NCBI GenBank assembly: GCA_965208675.1
Contig: OZ242351.1
Span: 2,400,001-2,464,000, forward strand
Direction of reading: 5' to 3'
Length of the DNA stretch: 64,000 bases
Origin: Candidatus Poribacteria bacterium
GTDB lineage: Bacteria > Poribacteria > WGA-4E > PCPOR2b
The translations under genes were made by a program, and so were the position numbers. Every line of letters begins with the position of its first letter. The stretch's first letter is position 1. Positions 21,186 to 30,813 of the stretch are shown here, piece after piece. Below the pieces are notes generated by a model, which did not search any database, was not told where the DNA came from, and worked only from the letters and a program-made list of their open reading frames with translations.

Positions 21186-21473
21186 CGGGTTGGGTTGAGC
21201 AGGTAAATCCAATAGCAGTCGTGCTTCAAGAACCTATCCGAATTTTATACCAGGTAGCTCGCATATAATGCGCGGTGCGTAACCCAACAATCAACAGAGC
21301 CAATAGCGATGGCGATAGTTTTCACTGCAACCACTACCGGTCAACGACACACGTCGCATATAACAAAAAACGTTGGATTACGCTTAATCGGTAAAAATTT
21401 CAATGGAATCAAAACACGTAACATTCGCGACATGCATACGTTGGTTCGTCAACACCACTTAACTCAACCTACA
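21186..21473. repeat. Degenerate REPIN element
   Basis: GGTTGGGTTGAGC...GCGTAACCCAAC / GTTGGATTACGC...CAACCTACA. Confidence 0.75.
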
Positions 21474-21646
21474 GGTGTTTTGCCTATGGCTCTCTCTATC
21501 ACGTAACTTTCACACAACTCATAAGGAATTTTAGCATTGATTTCAGCTTTATAACCTGACCAAATTGCCAAGGATTTGCACCCTAAATCGCATTCATCGC
21601 CGTCCATGGAATGGGGGTAATCTTACAAACCGTCCACTGCTCGCCG

Positions 21647-21835
21647 TTATTTCTCGGGTGAGGGCTTATCCCACGTTAGTTGTTTTTGTTGTGCTTCTCT
21701 GATGTCGCGTACTATTCGTGCGATGTATTCTAATCTAGCTTCAATGTGGCTACACTGCGTTTCAATCTGCATCACAAGTTCCGGTAAAATTTTAGGATCG
21801 ACAGGTTCTTTTTAAGGCATGGCAGGTATTGTCAT
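21647..21835 (-). pseudogene. Small coiled-coil peptide gene with an in-frame TAA at codon 8; paralog of 21959-22150
   Basis: MTIPAMP*KEPVDPKILPELVMQIETQCSHIEARLEYIARIVRDIREAQQKQLTW..., with a GAAAGGA RBS. Confidence 0.65.
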
Positions 21836-21958
21836 TGAAATAATCCTTTCTGGTAGTCCTTACGGTGTGTCACCCTTTACCCCGCCTATCCATTCAATTT
21901 CCTTCTTCGATGGGTTCCGAGTCTCTCTTTATGTCGCGTGGTACCAGCCGCCAACAAC

Positions 21959-22150
21959 TTATCCACAATCGCAATCGTCCTCCCGGACGACGGCTAGTTG
22001 CTTTTTCTGCAACTCTTTTATATCAACTAGAAGTTCGCACATGAATCGCATAGTTGTGAGCATATGATCTGTCGTGCGTTCTAATCGCACCACTGCCTCC
22101 TGGAACGCATGTGGGGCAAGAGGTTCTCGGGGTTGTACGGGAATAGTCAT
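21959..22150 (-). CDS. Small coiled-coil peptide (63 aa)
   Basis: GAAAGGA RBS; MTIP...DIKELQKKQL aligns with the neighbouring pseudogene. Confidence 0.65.
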   Translation of the reverse strand: MTIPVQPREPLAPHAFQEAVVRLERTTDHMLTTMRFMCELLVDIKELQKKQLAVVREDDCDCG

Positions 22151-22214
22151 AGTGCTTTCCTTTCATTGGGGCGGGACACGGAACTGCTGGGCACAAATGC
22201 AACTCCTTTGCAAT

Positions 22215-22292
22215 GTGTTAGTTGCGCCGGACCTACCAGTGCCCTCCATGTCCCATAAGTTTATTTCAGAATGCCGAAAACAACAAACTCGG
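22215..22292. repeat. 78-bp direct repeat, copy 1
   Basis: GTGTTAGTTGC.CCGG.C.TACCAGTGCCCTCCATGTCCCATAAGTTTAT.TCAGAAT.CC.AAAACAACAAACTCGG, repeated at 22604-22681. Confidence 0.9.
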
Positions 22293-22299
22293 CGGACTA

Positions 22300-22533
22300 A
22301 TGACAAGAGAAGAATATAAAAAGCAACTAGAACACTTACAAAATCCACGCACATGGACAGAATTGCGCGATGGTCTCATTGACTCCCTAAAACTTGCAGT
22401 CTGGGACGAAGGATTTACTGACGATCCTGTCGAAGAATCTCAAGAACCCGTTCTAAATCCTGTGATATGCGAGAAATACGGACAGCTGGTAACATGGAAA
22501 GACGAGTCTCAATCTTCTCAAGTTCCTGCTTAA
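22300..22533 (+). CDS. Possible small hypothetical protein (competes with antisense ORF 22415-22582)
   Basis: MTREEYKKQLEHLQNPRTW... looks protein-like, but has no clear RBS and lies opposite its neighbours. Confidence 0.3.
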   Translation: MTREEYKKQLEHLQNPRTWTELRDGLIDSLKLAVWDEGFTDDPVEESQEPVLNPVICEKYGQLVTWKDESQSSQVPA

Positions 22534-22603
22534 TGAGAGATATTGTGTACTCCAGTTTTTTACTGGCGTGTCTATGATCGATTGCGATGTCCTTTCTTAG
22601 TGG

Positions 22604-22681
22604 GTGTTAGTTGCTCCGGGCTTACCAGTGCCCTCCATGTCCCATAAGTTTATATCAGAATACCAAAAACAACAAACTCGG
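22604..22681. repeat. 78-bp direct repeat, copy 2
   Basis: Matches 22215-22292 and overlaps the 3' end of ORF 22655-22924. Confidence 0.9.
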
Positions 22682-22924
22682 TATCATGACGAACACCAGA
22701 TCGGCGAGTGCTAGGGCACCTATGCAAACAGTACTTATGACCACCCAATAAACGCAACTGCCAAGATTGCGGTTATTAAACCGGGTTCGGAGTTGTTGCT
22801 CGCCTTTCTTGGTGGCATATTTCTTCAAACAGAGAGCAGACGCGGAAAGCAATAGTATGATAATCCAAGTGCTAGTTTTCCACATTTGAATTAAGGGTGA
22901 TGTTCGTGTTCTGGCACATTCCAA
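22655..22924 (-). CDS. Small 2-TM hypothetical protein
   Basis: Two hydrophobic helices; start uncertain. Confidence 0.45.
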   Translation of the reverse strand: MECARTRTSPLIQMWKTSTWIIILLLSASALCLKKYATKKGEQQLRTRFNNRNLGSCVYWVVISTVCIGALALADLVFVMIPSLLFLVF

Positions 22925-23280
22925 GGTTCAGGCGGCGGTCCATATTTGTTGGGACCCGAATCGCCTTTCATGAAACCAGTTATAACACACAGTATGATGG
23001 CACCGAGGATCGGAATTAACAACAACAGCATTGTCCAACCGGTAGCACCAACATCGTGTAGACGTTTTACTGATACAGGTATTCCCATGTAGAAGATTAA
23101 AAACGCGCTGATACCACACAACATGACCATTATGAGCGAGGACAAAGAGGAAGAGTAAGTAAGATAATTCACCATGGCGTAAAGAATCAGTAATAAAATC
23201 GCGATTATACCGCCAAACGCCCAAAACTGGGCGCGATTGATTCGCCCGCGATATGAAAAACACAACTGTTTTAATGACAT
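22891..23280 (-). CDS. DUF805 family membrane protein
   Basis: MSLKQLCFSYRGRINR.QFW, VKRLHD.G and GD.GPNKYGPPP; AAAGGAG RBS before ATG 23280. Confidence 0.9.
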   Translation of the reverse strand: MSLKQLCFSYRGRINRAQFWAFGGIIAILLLILYAMVNYLTYSSSLSSLIMVMLCGISAFLIFYMGIPVSVKRLHDVGATGWTMLLLLIPILGAIILCVITGFMKGDSGPNKYGPPPEPWNVPEHEHHP

Positions 23281-23482
23281 CAAACTCCTTTCAAGAATGG
23301 GGAAGGTTATTCTGGAAAAATTAATTTGCCAATGATTGTTGCCAACACTACCAATATGTTGCGACACATAGCGCGGGCGGCATCGTTGAATAGAGGAATG
23401 CCTATACTTAAAGCAACACATACAATAGCCACGAAAATGAAAGTAAATAATGTTGAGAGATGTTCTTTCAAATCAATCAATT

Positions 23483-23857
23483 TCATACGGACTCCGATTT
23501 AAATAGTTGAGGGGGCGAACCATATTGGTTATCAAGCGCATAACTGCGCCGGATACCACAAAAGTAAAGAGTACCTATCCAACCGGAAATATATACGACA
23601 GGGATATCAATAGAGCGAAGACCCACCAACAATACCACAAACCACGCGCTCATATTGATATCGTGCACACGCTTTACTGCGAGGGCAAAGTCAACATAGA
23701 CTAAAGGTAAATACATTAGAAGCCACAAGAAAATAGGAAATGACTCAATTGTGACAGCCATTATAAGTTGAGTTATTAGGACGGGAATTATGGCGTTCCA
23801 ATATTGAGAACGACATATTCGCCCGCGCAACGAGAAGCACAACTGTTTTAATGACAT
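23483..23857 (-). CDS. DUF805 family membrane protein (divergent)
   Basis: MSLKQLCFSLRGRI.R.QYW, VKRVHD and NQYG.PP; AAGGAGG RBS. Confidence 0.85.
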   Translation of the reverse strand: MSLKQLCFSLRGRICRSQYWNAIIPVLITQLIMAVTIESFPIFLWLLMYLPLVYVDFALAVKRVHDINMSAWFVVLLVGLRSIDIPVVYISGWIGTLYFCGIRRSYALDNQYGSPPQLFKSESV

Positions 23858-23886
23858 GTAACCTCCTTTAGTTTATGTGTGTTGAA

Positions 23887-23935
23887 CAAAAAAGAACGCG
23901 GGGAATGGCGGACTCAACGTCACGCCGACTCCCGC
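23887..23935 (-). terminator. Probable intrinsic terminator (minus strand)
   Basis: GCGGGAGT.GGCG...CGCCATTCCCCGC hairpin followed by TTCTTTTTT on the minus strand. Confidence 0.5.
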
Positions 23936-23994
23936 TTGCGTCTCGCCTACCAATACCCCTCATTCCCAATAATGCAGTGCGCCGCCGCTACTAA

Positions 23995-24822
23995 TTACCA
24001 GTGACATCGGTTAGCTTGGATTACAAGTTCTTCTACCGAAGCATCATCAAGTATCCCTTTGAATAACCCTTGTTCCACCCCAGTGTAAACATTGGAGCGG
24101 AAAAAACGGAGGCTTGACTTCAATTCGTCCACGTCTCCGCCCAGAGACTTGCAACTCTTCAGAGCAAGTCTCGCGTTGACTCTGCCCGATATGATTTGAT
24201 CGAACAACGATTCTTCAATCGTATCCGTAGGTAATGTTTCTTGACTAATGCGGTATGGATTAACGGCACGGCGTTTAACAGTTGGTTTTTGTACAACTAT
24301 AACTTGTGGACGTTGCCGAACTGTTTGCACTTGGCTCGGCTGTTTTTCCAATTCAGCTATCTCCTGCTTAATTAAAGCCGTGCGCTGTTTAGTCGCCGCT
24401 ATCTCTTCCCGCAACAATGCGGCTTGCGTTTTGAAAAGTCGGGCTTGGGCGTTATAAAATCGTGTTGTGGCATCGTTGGTTGCAATTTGGGAATTGACAA
24501 TCCCTTGTCGCTCTTTCTTGCGTACCCATCTTGCTACAGCTCGGTTTGCAATGCCGGGCACGTTAGCAACATGTATTCCAGAACCTGAACAACGCGTTAA
24601 TACTTCGCTGGATTCAACACAGCCGTAACGACAGGGATTGTAACTACTTTTATCTCGGATTTTAATGTCATAGGAAGTCCGACCGGGCCAAAAGTTGTAG
24701 TCGTACTAATCGACATCAATACTGTATTCATAGGATTGATATTGAGCATCGGCATTGGAATAGCTAAACAACATGAATCCAACTACTAACGAAGCAAGTA
24801 AATTCTGCGTAACCTTTAACAT
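23995..24822 (-). pseudogene. Secreted coiled-coil protein interrupted by a single in-frame TAG (24706-24708)
   Basis: AAGGAGG RBS and ATG 24822: MLKVTQNLLASLVVGFMLFSYSNADAQ...IDVD*YDYNF..., continuing in frame into ORF 23995-24561. Confidence 0.7.
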
Positions 24823-24846
24823 TGTTGCCTCCTTAAAGAGTCAATT

Positions 24847-24999
24847 TTAATAGCGTTCAAGAAATCTAAAGCCTGAACCTGCTAACGCCGTAATCAACAC
24901 GGCTAACCCAAGCCATAACGCTTTGCAATCCCTCCATTCGCGTTTCAACCACTCCATTGGGCCGCCCGCTGCCACATGCAACCGTTCTTTTCCCGTCAT
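24847..24999 (-). CDS. Small single-TM peptide (50 aa)
   Basis: MTGKERLHVAAGGPMEWLKREWRDCKALWLGLAVLITALAGSGFRFLERY, with an AAAGGA RBS; below the ORF-track cutoff. Confidence 0.4.
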   Translation of the reverse strand: MTGKERLHVAAGGPMEWLKREWRDCKALWLGLAVLITALAGSGFRFLERY

Positions 25000-25022
25000 A
25001 GCACCATCCTTTATGTTTAAAG

Positions 25023-25280
25023 TTAGAATCCGTTATTTCTCAATGTCGAATCGACATCGTTAGCCTCGGCTTTTGTAACGCGATTAGACTTGGCTCTTCT
25101 AACAATCCAACGTATCAAATAGAGAATGCCTAGCCAAAACGCCGCTGTCATTACGTACAGAAGGACATTTCCTTTAGCGAGCGAGTGTATTAGCCCAAGT
25201 ACCCAAACACACCAAGCAGTGGCGCGCAACCATGCCCTTTTTGTAAAAACAATTACGAACAGCGCGGGCAATGTTAACAT
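25023..25280 (-). CDS. Small membrane protein
   Basis: GGGAG RBS, hydrophobic helices, directly downstream of the recombinase. Confidence 0.55.
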   Translation of the reverse strand: MLTLPALFVIVFTKRAWLRATAWCVWVLGLIHSLAKGNVLLYVMTAAFWLGILYLIRWIVRRAKSNRVTKAEANDVDSTLRNNGF

Positions 25281-25310
25281 TTTATTCTCCCTTCACCGCC
25301 AGAATGTAGT

Positions 25311-26216
25311 TCACTTCCCATCTTTATACTTCTCCACCGGATTCTGTTCCGGCGGCGCCTCTCTCACATACCGCGCCGGCATCGCGGGGTCAAGCCAACG
25401 CCCCGCGCGCTGCATCTCCTTCACGCTCGCCCCAGCTTCAGCGAGCGAAAGCGCGGAACCGATGCGAAGCGACTGACCGCTAATCGCTCCTTCAATCCCC
25501 GCTGCTTTCGCCCACCGCTGTATCGCTTCACGAGCCCCTTTAACACCCAGCCGGTCAGCCGTCACATGCTTGTGGTAGCGTATCCTCCGGAACAACGCAC
25601 CCGACGTAATCCCTGCCCTCTGCTGATACTGTTCTATCAAATGCCGTGTAGGTTCGCAAATATACAGCGCGTCATCCGCCTGCTCGCCTTCGTCTCTGTG
25701 AACCAGAAGTCCCTCACGCTTCACATCCGCCGCGTTGACGGCGACCGCCTCAGAGATGCGCAGCAGACAATCGCTCATCAGGCTAATCATGGCGGCGTCC
25801 CGTAATCCCGAAGTTGTGTCTGACGATTCCGCCGCCGCACACATCCGCTCGACATCTTCCCACGTGAGCCCGTCAGCCTGTCGGCGCCTACGTTGTTTGC
25901 CTTCCATGCGAATTTCAGAATGCGTGCTAGCTGTGACCGGTCCAACTTCGTAGTCCGCGCCCTGATGTGCCGCCATCCACTTAACCGCGGCGACGACCAA
26001 ATTGATTGTTGCTGCAGACTTCCCTTCTGCATCCAGATATCGAATATACTCGGCTAACACCGCGTCCGTTGGCTTACGACCCTCCAGCCACGCTTGCAGC
26101 TTCTGTTTTGCGTGCTCATACGCCTTAAGCGTATTGTCAGACGCGTTCGACTTAGCTTCAGTTCTCGTGACTTTATCGCTTTGGAAACTCCTATCTGATT
26201 CCTTCTCTTGATTCAA
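25311..26216 (-). CDS. Cre-like tyrosine recombinase/integrase with atypical catalytic residues
   Basis: NT..AY...., RDAA.I.L....LLRISE, SGQSLR.GSA, AGRW...M..RY. Confidence 0.85.
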   Translation of the reverse strand: MNQEKESDRSFQSDKVTRTEAKSNASDNTLKAYEHAKQKLQAWLEGRKPTDAVLAEYIRYLDAEGKSAATINLVVAAVKWMAAHQGADYEVGPVTASTHSEIRMEGKQRRRRQADGLTWEDVERMCAAAESSDTTSGLRDAAMISLMSDCLLRISEAVAVNAADVKREGLLVHRDEGEQADDALYICEPTRHLIEQYQQRAGITSGALFRRIRYHKHVTADRLGVKGAREAIQRWAKAAGIEGAISGQSLRIGSALSLAEAGASVKEMQRAGRWLDPAMPARYVREAPPEQNPVEKYKDGK

Positions 26217-26235
26217 AACACAATCCTCATCTGGC

Positions 26236-27240
26236 TTAGAATACGCCCTCTCTAACTATTGAGCGGTTCAACTTCTTCACCACCTTCGGAGTTACGGGGT
26301 CGTTGTCCAGGAGAAACCCTTCGCCCTTCTTCAGTTTAACGGAAGCGACACTGTCCAGCCCCGCCAGTTTCTTCGCTCCTTTCAGAGCTTTCAGGTCTCC
26401 GCCGTAGTATCTGAACCAAGGCAGCCCGGCATCAGTGTAATCCCGCGCCGTCGGCGGCACGGTTGGGGGTTTGCATCCAGTCAGATGCAAGAACTGTACG
26501 CTATTGGCGATATGCACGAAGCAGCGGGAGCAATTTGACGTATCCCACGCATCAATTCCGATTTCGTCCTCGTAAATCTCTTGGTGCATCAATCCGCCCG
26601 GCGCCAATCCCATCTCGTCAGGTAGAGCCTCACACACCGGCATTGCCCTATTTCGCCAGATTGGCCCCACCCGCTCAAACATCTCCCGCTTCATCGGATA
26701 GACCGCAATCTGAATCCCGCCGTGTTCAGCTTCGCCTGTCAGTTGTTCCTCCGCTGTGTACCCCTTTCCCAACGGCATCGCCACGAACTGCCGTATCAAG
26801 CCCTTCTCAACACAGAACCCGTCCAACCAGGGCTGATCCGGTACAACGACGTAGTCTTGCGGTTCCGCGCTCAGTCCCTCGTTCCACGCCTCACCCGTCA
26901 CGGCGTTGACCTTGCCCGCCGCAATCTTTACAGCCATCCCGTAATGGGACTGACTTCTGAAATTAACCCAGAGCGCCTCCGATTGGTACATCGGCAAGAA
27001 CGCGCCGCCGTGTTGCTGCCACCTTTCCGGCAAGTTATCCGGGTAGTCGTCTACACGGTTAAGCGGAAATCTCCCCAACCCCGGCGGCAAATCGTATGCG
27101 CGGTTGTCGTCCGGAATCCGCAGCGTTTGCTGGAATTCGATTGCGACTTCCGCATCACTGTGTACCCCCGGGAATCGAAATACAAGTCGATCGTCGTTAA
27201 GTTCGATACTCTTATTGCCGTTCCTTGCTCTTTGCTCCAT
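26236..27240 (-). CDS. Conserved hypothetical protein (F.RTLRIPDD / LPPGLG.FPL / Q.WLDGF / IRQFVAM family), paralog 2
   Basis: High similarity to 27343-28392 along its full length. Confidence 0.85.
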   Translation of the reverse strand: MEQRARNGNKSIELNDDRLVFRFPGVHSDAEVAIEFQQTLRIPDDNRAYDLPPGLGRFPLNRVDDYPDNLPERWQQHGGAFLPMYQSEALWVNFRSQSHYGMAVKIAAGKVNAVTGEAWNEGLSAEPQDYVVVPDQPWLDGFCVEKGLIRQFVAMPLGKGYTAEEQLTGEAEHGGIQIAVYPMKREMFERVGPIWRNRAMPVCEALPDEMGLAPGGLMHQEIYEDEIGIDAWDTSNCSRCFVHIANSVQFLHLTGCKPPTVPPTARDYTDAGLPWFRYYGGDLKALKGAKKLAGLDSVASVKLKKGEGFLLDNDPVTPKVVKKLNRSIVREGVF

Positions 27241-27342
27241 GATTATGGACCTCTCCTTACTGAGTTATTGGGTTGAGTCGGCAACTTACACATCATACAT
27301 TGAAATACGGCAATCGGGTTATGTAGAAAAATTTCCCCTTGC

Positions 27343-28392
27343 TTAGAATACTCCTTCCCTCACCATTGTTTGGTCTAGCTTCTTCACCACCGCCGGCGTC
27401 ACCGGATCGTTGTCCGAGAGGAAACCCTCTCCCTTTTTAAGACTGACAGAAGCGACGCTGTCCAATTGTACTAAATCAATTGACCCTTCTAATGCCTCCA
27501 CGTCTCCACCGTAGTAGTCGAACCAAGGGAGCCCCATGTCAGTGTAATACCTTGCTGTCGGCGCCATACTTGGAGGCTCGCAACCCGTTAGGTGCAAGAG
27601 CTGAACGCTATTGAGAATATGCACGTAGCAACGGGAACATAGCGACGTGTCCCACGCATCGATGCCGTGTTCGTCCTCGTAAATTTCTTGCCGCATCAAG
27701 CCGCCCGGCGCAAAACCCATCTCCGGTTCGTCCCGCATGGGTTGCGCACACACGAAAATCCTGTCCCCTCTAGGCTGCGGCACGGGGAACCCGTACTTTT
27801 CCGCGTAGACAGACCGTTTCATCGGATAAACTGCAATTTGTAGTCCGCCGTGCTCCGCTTCGCCCGTCAACTGCTCCTCTGCAGTGTATCCTTCACCCAA
27901 CGCCATCGCCACGAACTGGCGAATTAAGCCCTTCTGTACGCAGAACCCGTCCAACCACCGCTGACCCGGAACCACGGCGTAATCCTGCGGTTCGTCACTG
28001 AGTTCTTCATTCCAAGGTTTGCCGGTTATAGCGTTAATCTTTCCCGCCGCAATCTTAACCGCCATCGGATAATCTCCGCGAAAATTAATCCACATCGCCT
28101 CCGATTGATACATAGGGAAAAACACGCCGCCATGTTCGTTCCATCTCTCGGGCAAGTTATCCGAATAATCGTCCACCCGGCTTAGCGGAAATTTTCCGAG
28201 CCCCGGGGGCAAATAATGTTCGCGGTTGTCGTCTGGAATCCGCAGTGTCCGCTGAAACTCAATCTTCAGGTTCGCTATCATGTGTATTCCAAGGAATCGA
28301 AAGAAAAGCTGATCGTCTGTAAGCATGATGGTCTTCCGCCCTTTTCTACTCCCTTTCTTAGTCCGTTCCGCCATAGTCATTGCCCTTTCCAT
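27343..28392 (-). CDS. Conserved hypothetical protein, paralog 1
   Basis: FQRTLRIPDD, LPPGLGKFPL, PMYQSEAMW, WLDGFC, EEQLTGEAEHGG.QI and MG.APGGLM.QEIYED shared with the downstream paralog. Confidence 0.85.
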   Translation of the reverse strand: MERAMTMAERTKKGSRKGRKTIMLTDDQLFFRFLGIHMIANLKIEFQRTLRIPDDNREHYLPPGLGKFPLSRVDDYSDNLPERWNEHGGVFFPMYQSEAMWINFRGDYPMAVKIAAGKINAITGKPWNEELSDEPQDYAVVPGQRWLDGFCVQKGLIRQFVAMALGEGYTAEEQLTGEAEHGGLQIAVYPMKRSVYAEKYGFPVPQPRGDRIFVCAQPMRDEPEMGFAPGGLMRQEIYEDEHGIDAWDTSLCSRCYVHILNSVQLLHLTGCEPPSMAPTARYYTDMGLPWFDYYGGDVEALEGSIDLVQLDSVASVSLKKGEGFLSDNDPVTPAVVKKLDQTMVREGVF

Positions 28393-28452
28393 TTTAATTT
28401 GTAATTTGATTCAAATAAACCACATCATGGCAATATATGCCTCATAATCTGA

Positions 28453-28481
28453 ATTATACTACCTAACACATCACATGTCAA
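28453..28481 (-). promoter_or_regulatory. Consensus sigma70 promoter driving the paralog-paralog-recombinase operon
   Basis: TTGACA (28481-28476), 17-nt spacer, TATAAT (28458-28453). Confidence 0.75.
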
Positions 28482-29127
28482 GCATTTTTTTGATTCTCTG
28501 ACCACGAAGGTTAAACTCGCTCCAATCCTCTTCCTGTCCGCATCCCCTACGACATCTGAAAGTAAAAGGCTAACTCGCCGCTAAATTTCTGAATCTAAAT
28601 TCCCTCGCTTGGCAAGGGTTAAAATCCATGTTATACTAAAATAGCGAATTTTGGCGAAGACAAAGCCAGACGTGTCATCTAGGATTTGTGCGAGTATTTT
28701 GGGTTAGAGTAAAAACTTTGCTACCAATTTCGCACTTCTAATCTCAAACGAAAGAACCGCACCTAGCACAATCGAACCTGACGCTACTAACCCGTCAGGC
28801 CTCTCAAAAATGAGCATTCTCAACTTATTTTTTCAAATGCTCACGAATGCTCAACCCCACTAACCCGCTCTCCGTCTAGCCTAAAGCCCATTTTCGCCAA
28901 TTTTCGCATAATCCAAATGCTCACATAATAAGCAAATCAAAATCGCAATTCTACTTCCCGTCAACCCAACCAAACAGGAGCGTTTTTGATTCGTTCGAAC
29001 AACACATACTCCAAAATTTCCCCCTTTTTTTATGGACTGTAAAAACTGTAATTTTGGCTGAAATGTGCGGTTTTGGATTTCGTGCTGTTGATATTTGCCT
29101 CTCGGCGTCATACGGGTTACTGGTTTT

Positions 29128-29390
29128 TGTAGGTTGGGTTAAGCTGAGCAATCGAAAGACGCTAGACATATCGAACGGATGTCGGTATTTGAACATGATT
29201 GGAGGTCGTTAAGATTCAGCGAACCCAACGCTTTTGGACATTACGGCGCGTTTGATTTATCGGAGACGGTTCGGAAATACGAAAAGCGTTGGGTTACGCT
29301 TGATGCCTCGAATCTTGGACGGCGTTAGGCTTCCAGAGCGCAACGTAAAATGGTACATCAATTGGTGAAATCCGCTCAACCCAACCTACA
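29128..29390. repeat. REPIN/MITE-like element
   Basis: TGTAGGTTGGGTTAAGC...GCTCAACCCAACCTACA with internal AGCGAACCCAACGCTTTT / AAAAGCGTTGGGTTACGCT. Confidence 0.9.
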
Positions 29391-29506
29391 AAAACTGAAT
29401 TGCGACCAAAAAAAAAGGCGGAGTCCAACCAACCGGATGTATTACCGCGACCCGTTCGGGCTGAACTCCGCGATTCCGTTACCGCCTAGCACTTGCAGCC
29501 GGGCAT

Positions 29507-30178
29507 TTAGTGATAGCGATGGAAATGAAAAAGATGTGGAGGTGGGGGTGCATGGGGACCAAACCCCCAGGCTTTGAATTCCTTCACACCACGTCCAGGC
29601 AATACACCAAACTGCATATGCTCACCAAACAGGACATGCCCAGTTTGATTGCCGATAACGCCGGAAAGCGTCAATATGGCCTCCTGCCGTACCGTCAAAC
29701 CTTCAAGCAGTGATGTCTCCAACGCCTTTAGTTCTGTATCTGACGCGGACTGCTTCGATTTGTATTCCTCAAGCGCCGACTGAACCTCCGCGTCATCTGC
29801 CGCTGCCATCGTTTTTCTGAGGTCTTTCAACATCGACGCTAATGTTTCGGCACGCTCCTTCTGATGCTGCAACACGGCTTTTACCTTTGGCTCAAGGTGC
29901 TCTGCCTCCTCGTCCGAGAGATTCAGACGTTCAATTATACCTTTCGTTTTCCGTTCGATAAGCTATTCGGGCGCGACATGCGCTGTCTTGGCTATGCCCT
30001 CTGCTATCTCCGCCATTCGATCCATCATCTTCTCGTGATCAAACTCCTCGTGTTCCGAATGTGCTTTGGCACCGAGAGCGTAAACCCCGGTGAGAATTAC
30101 CGTCAGTGCGATGGCAAGCACAATTGGACGATTCAACTTTAATCTGGACAGTTGCCGTTTGTGTAACAATTTCGACAT
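29507..30178 (-). pseudogene. Secreted helical (Spy/CpxP-like architecture), His-rich protein with a single in-frame TAG (29963-29965)
   Basis: MSKLLHKRQ...HVAPE*LIERKTKGIIERLNLSDEE...KAVLQHQKER joins ORFs 29963-30217 and 29507-29875 in one frame; GGAGG RBS. Confidence 0.7.
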
Positions 30179-30330
30179 TCTCTTTTCCTCCGTAGTGTAG
30201 TGATTTAATTGATACAAACAGTGTCACTGTCGTTTTACACAAAGGGCGTCATAAAAAGTTCGCTTTTTCTGCTTTCATTAAGTGAGTGCACGTCAGTAAA
30301 GGCTACGTAAGTCATTGCTTTTTACTGCCG

Positions 30331-30813
30331 TTACCCGTTCTTGTCCCACGTAGACACCACACCGTTACCGTATTCATTGATTCCGATTGCAACTTTGCCT
30401 TCGCCCTTGCCATGTAAATCGACACGCCCGCCATGTTCATCAATACTAAGCCACGACGCCTGCGCTTTCCCGCCTTTGCCACGGACACCGACAACCCCGC
30501 CGTGCTCATCAATTCCGAGCGATGCCCACGATAACCTGTCATTACCGTGGATACTGATAGCTCCGCCATGGTCACTAGCTGTGATAATCACTGTCACTTT
30601 TCCGTCCGCATCAACGACCCTCAAACGTGTACACTCAATATCCCTAAACTTATCGCGCTCTGCCGTGCTGGACGACACCAGCCCAATTCCAAACAGCATC
30701 CCAATAATAGCTATCATCTCGCCAAAAACCATATAGACCAACTTAACCTTCAAGTCTTTGCTGCTAAAAATTGCGTTACCGCCCCAGTGTTTTTTAGTCA
30801 AGGATTTTTGCAT
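30331..30813 (-). CDS. Membrane-anchored beta-repeat protein, paralog 3 (terminal Tyr codon changed to TAA)
   Basis: DKF..IECT.L.VVD, DEHGG repeats and GINEYGNG.VSTWDKNG*RQ versus WEKNGYRQ in the paralog. Confidence 0.75.
   Translation of the reverse strand: MQKSLTKKHWGGNAIFSSKDLKVKLVYMVFGEMIAIIGMLFGIGLVSSSTAERDKFRDIECTRLRVVDADGKVTVIITASDHGGAISIHGNDRLSWASLGIDEHGGVVGVRGKGGKAQASWLSIDEHGGRVDLHGKGEGKVAIGINEYGNGVVSTWDKNG

Noticed and set aside
22215-22681. 78-bp repeats as integron attC sites with the tyrosine recombinase as IntI
   Set aside because: No RYYYAAC...GTTRRRY palindromic structure was found, and the recombinase is Cre-like without the IntI-specific insertion.
17055-28392. Intact prophage
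   Set aside because: Despite the DUF2280-like gene and the recombinase, no capsid, large terminase, portal, tail or lysis genes are recognisable.
28800-28925. TGAGCATT / AATGCTCA short repeats as an operator or array
   Set aside because: Only about four short copies with no clear downstream gene, which is too little to support a call.
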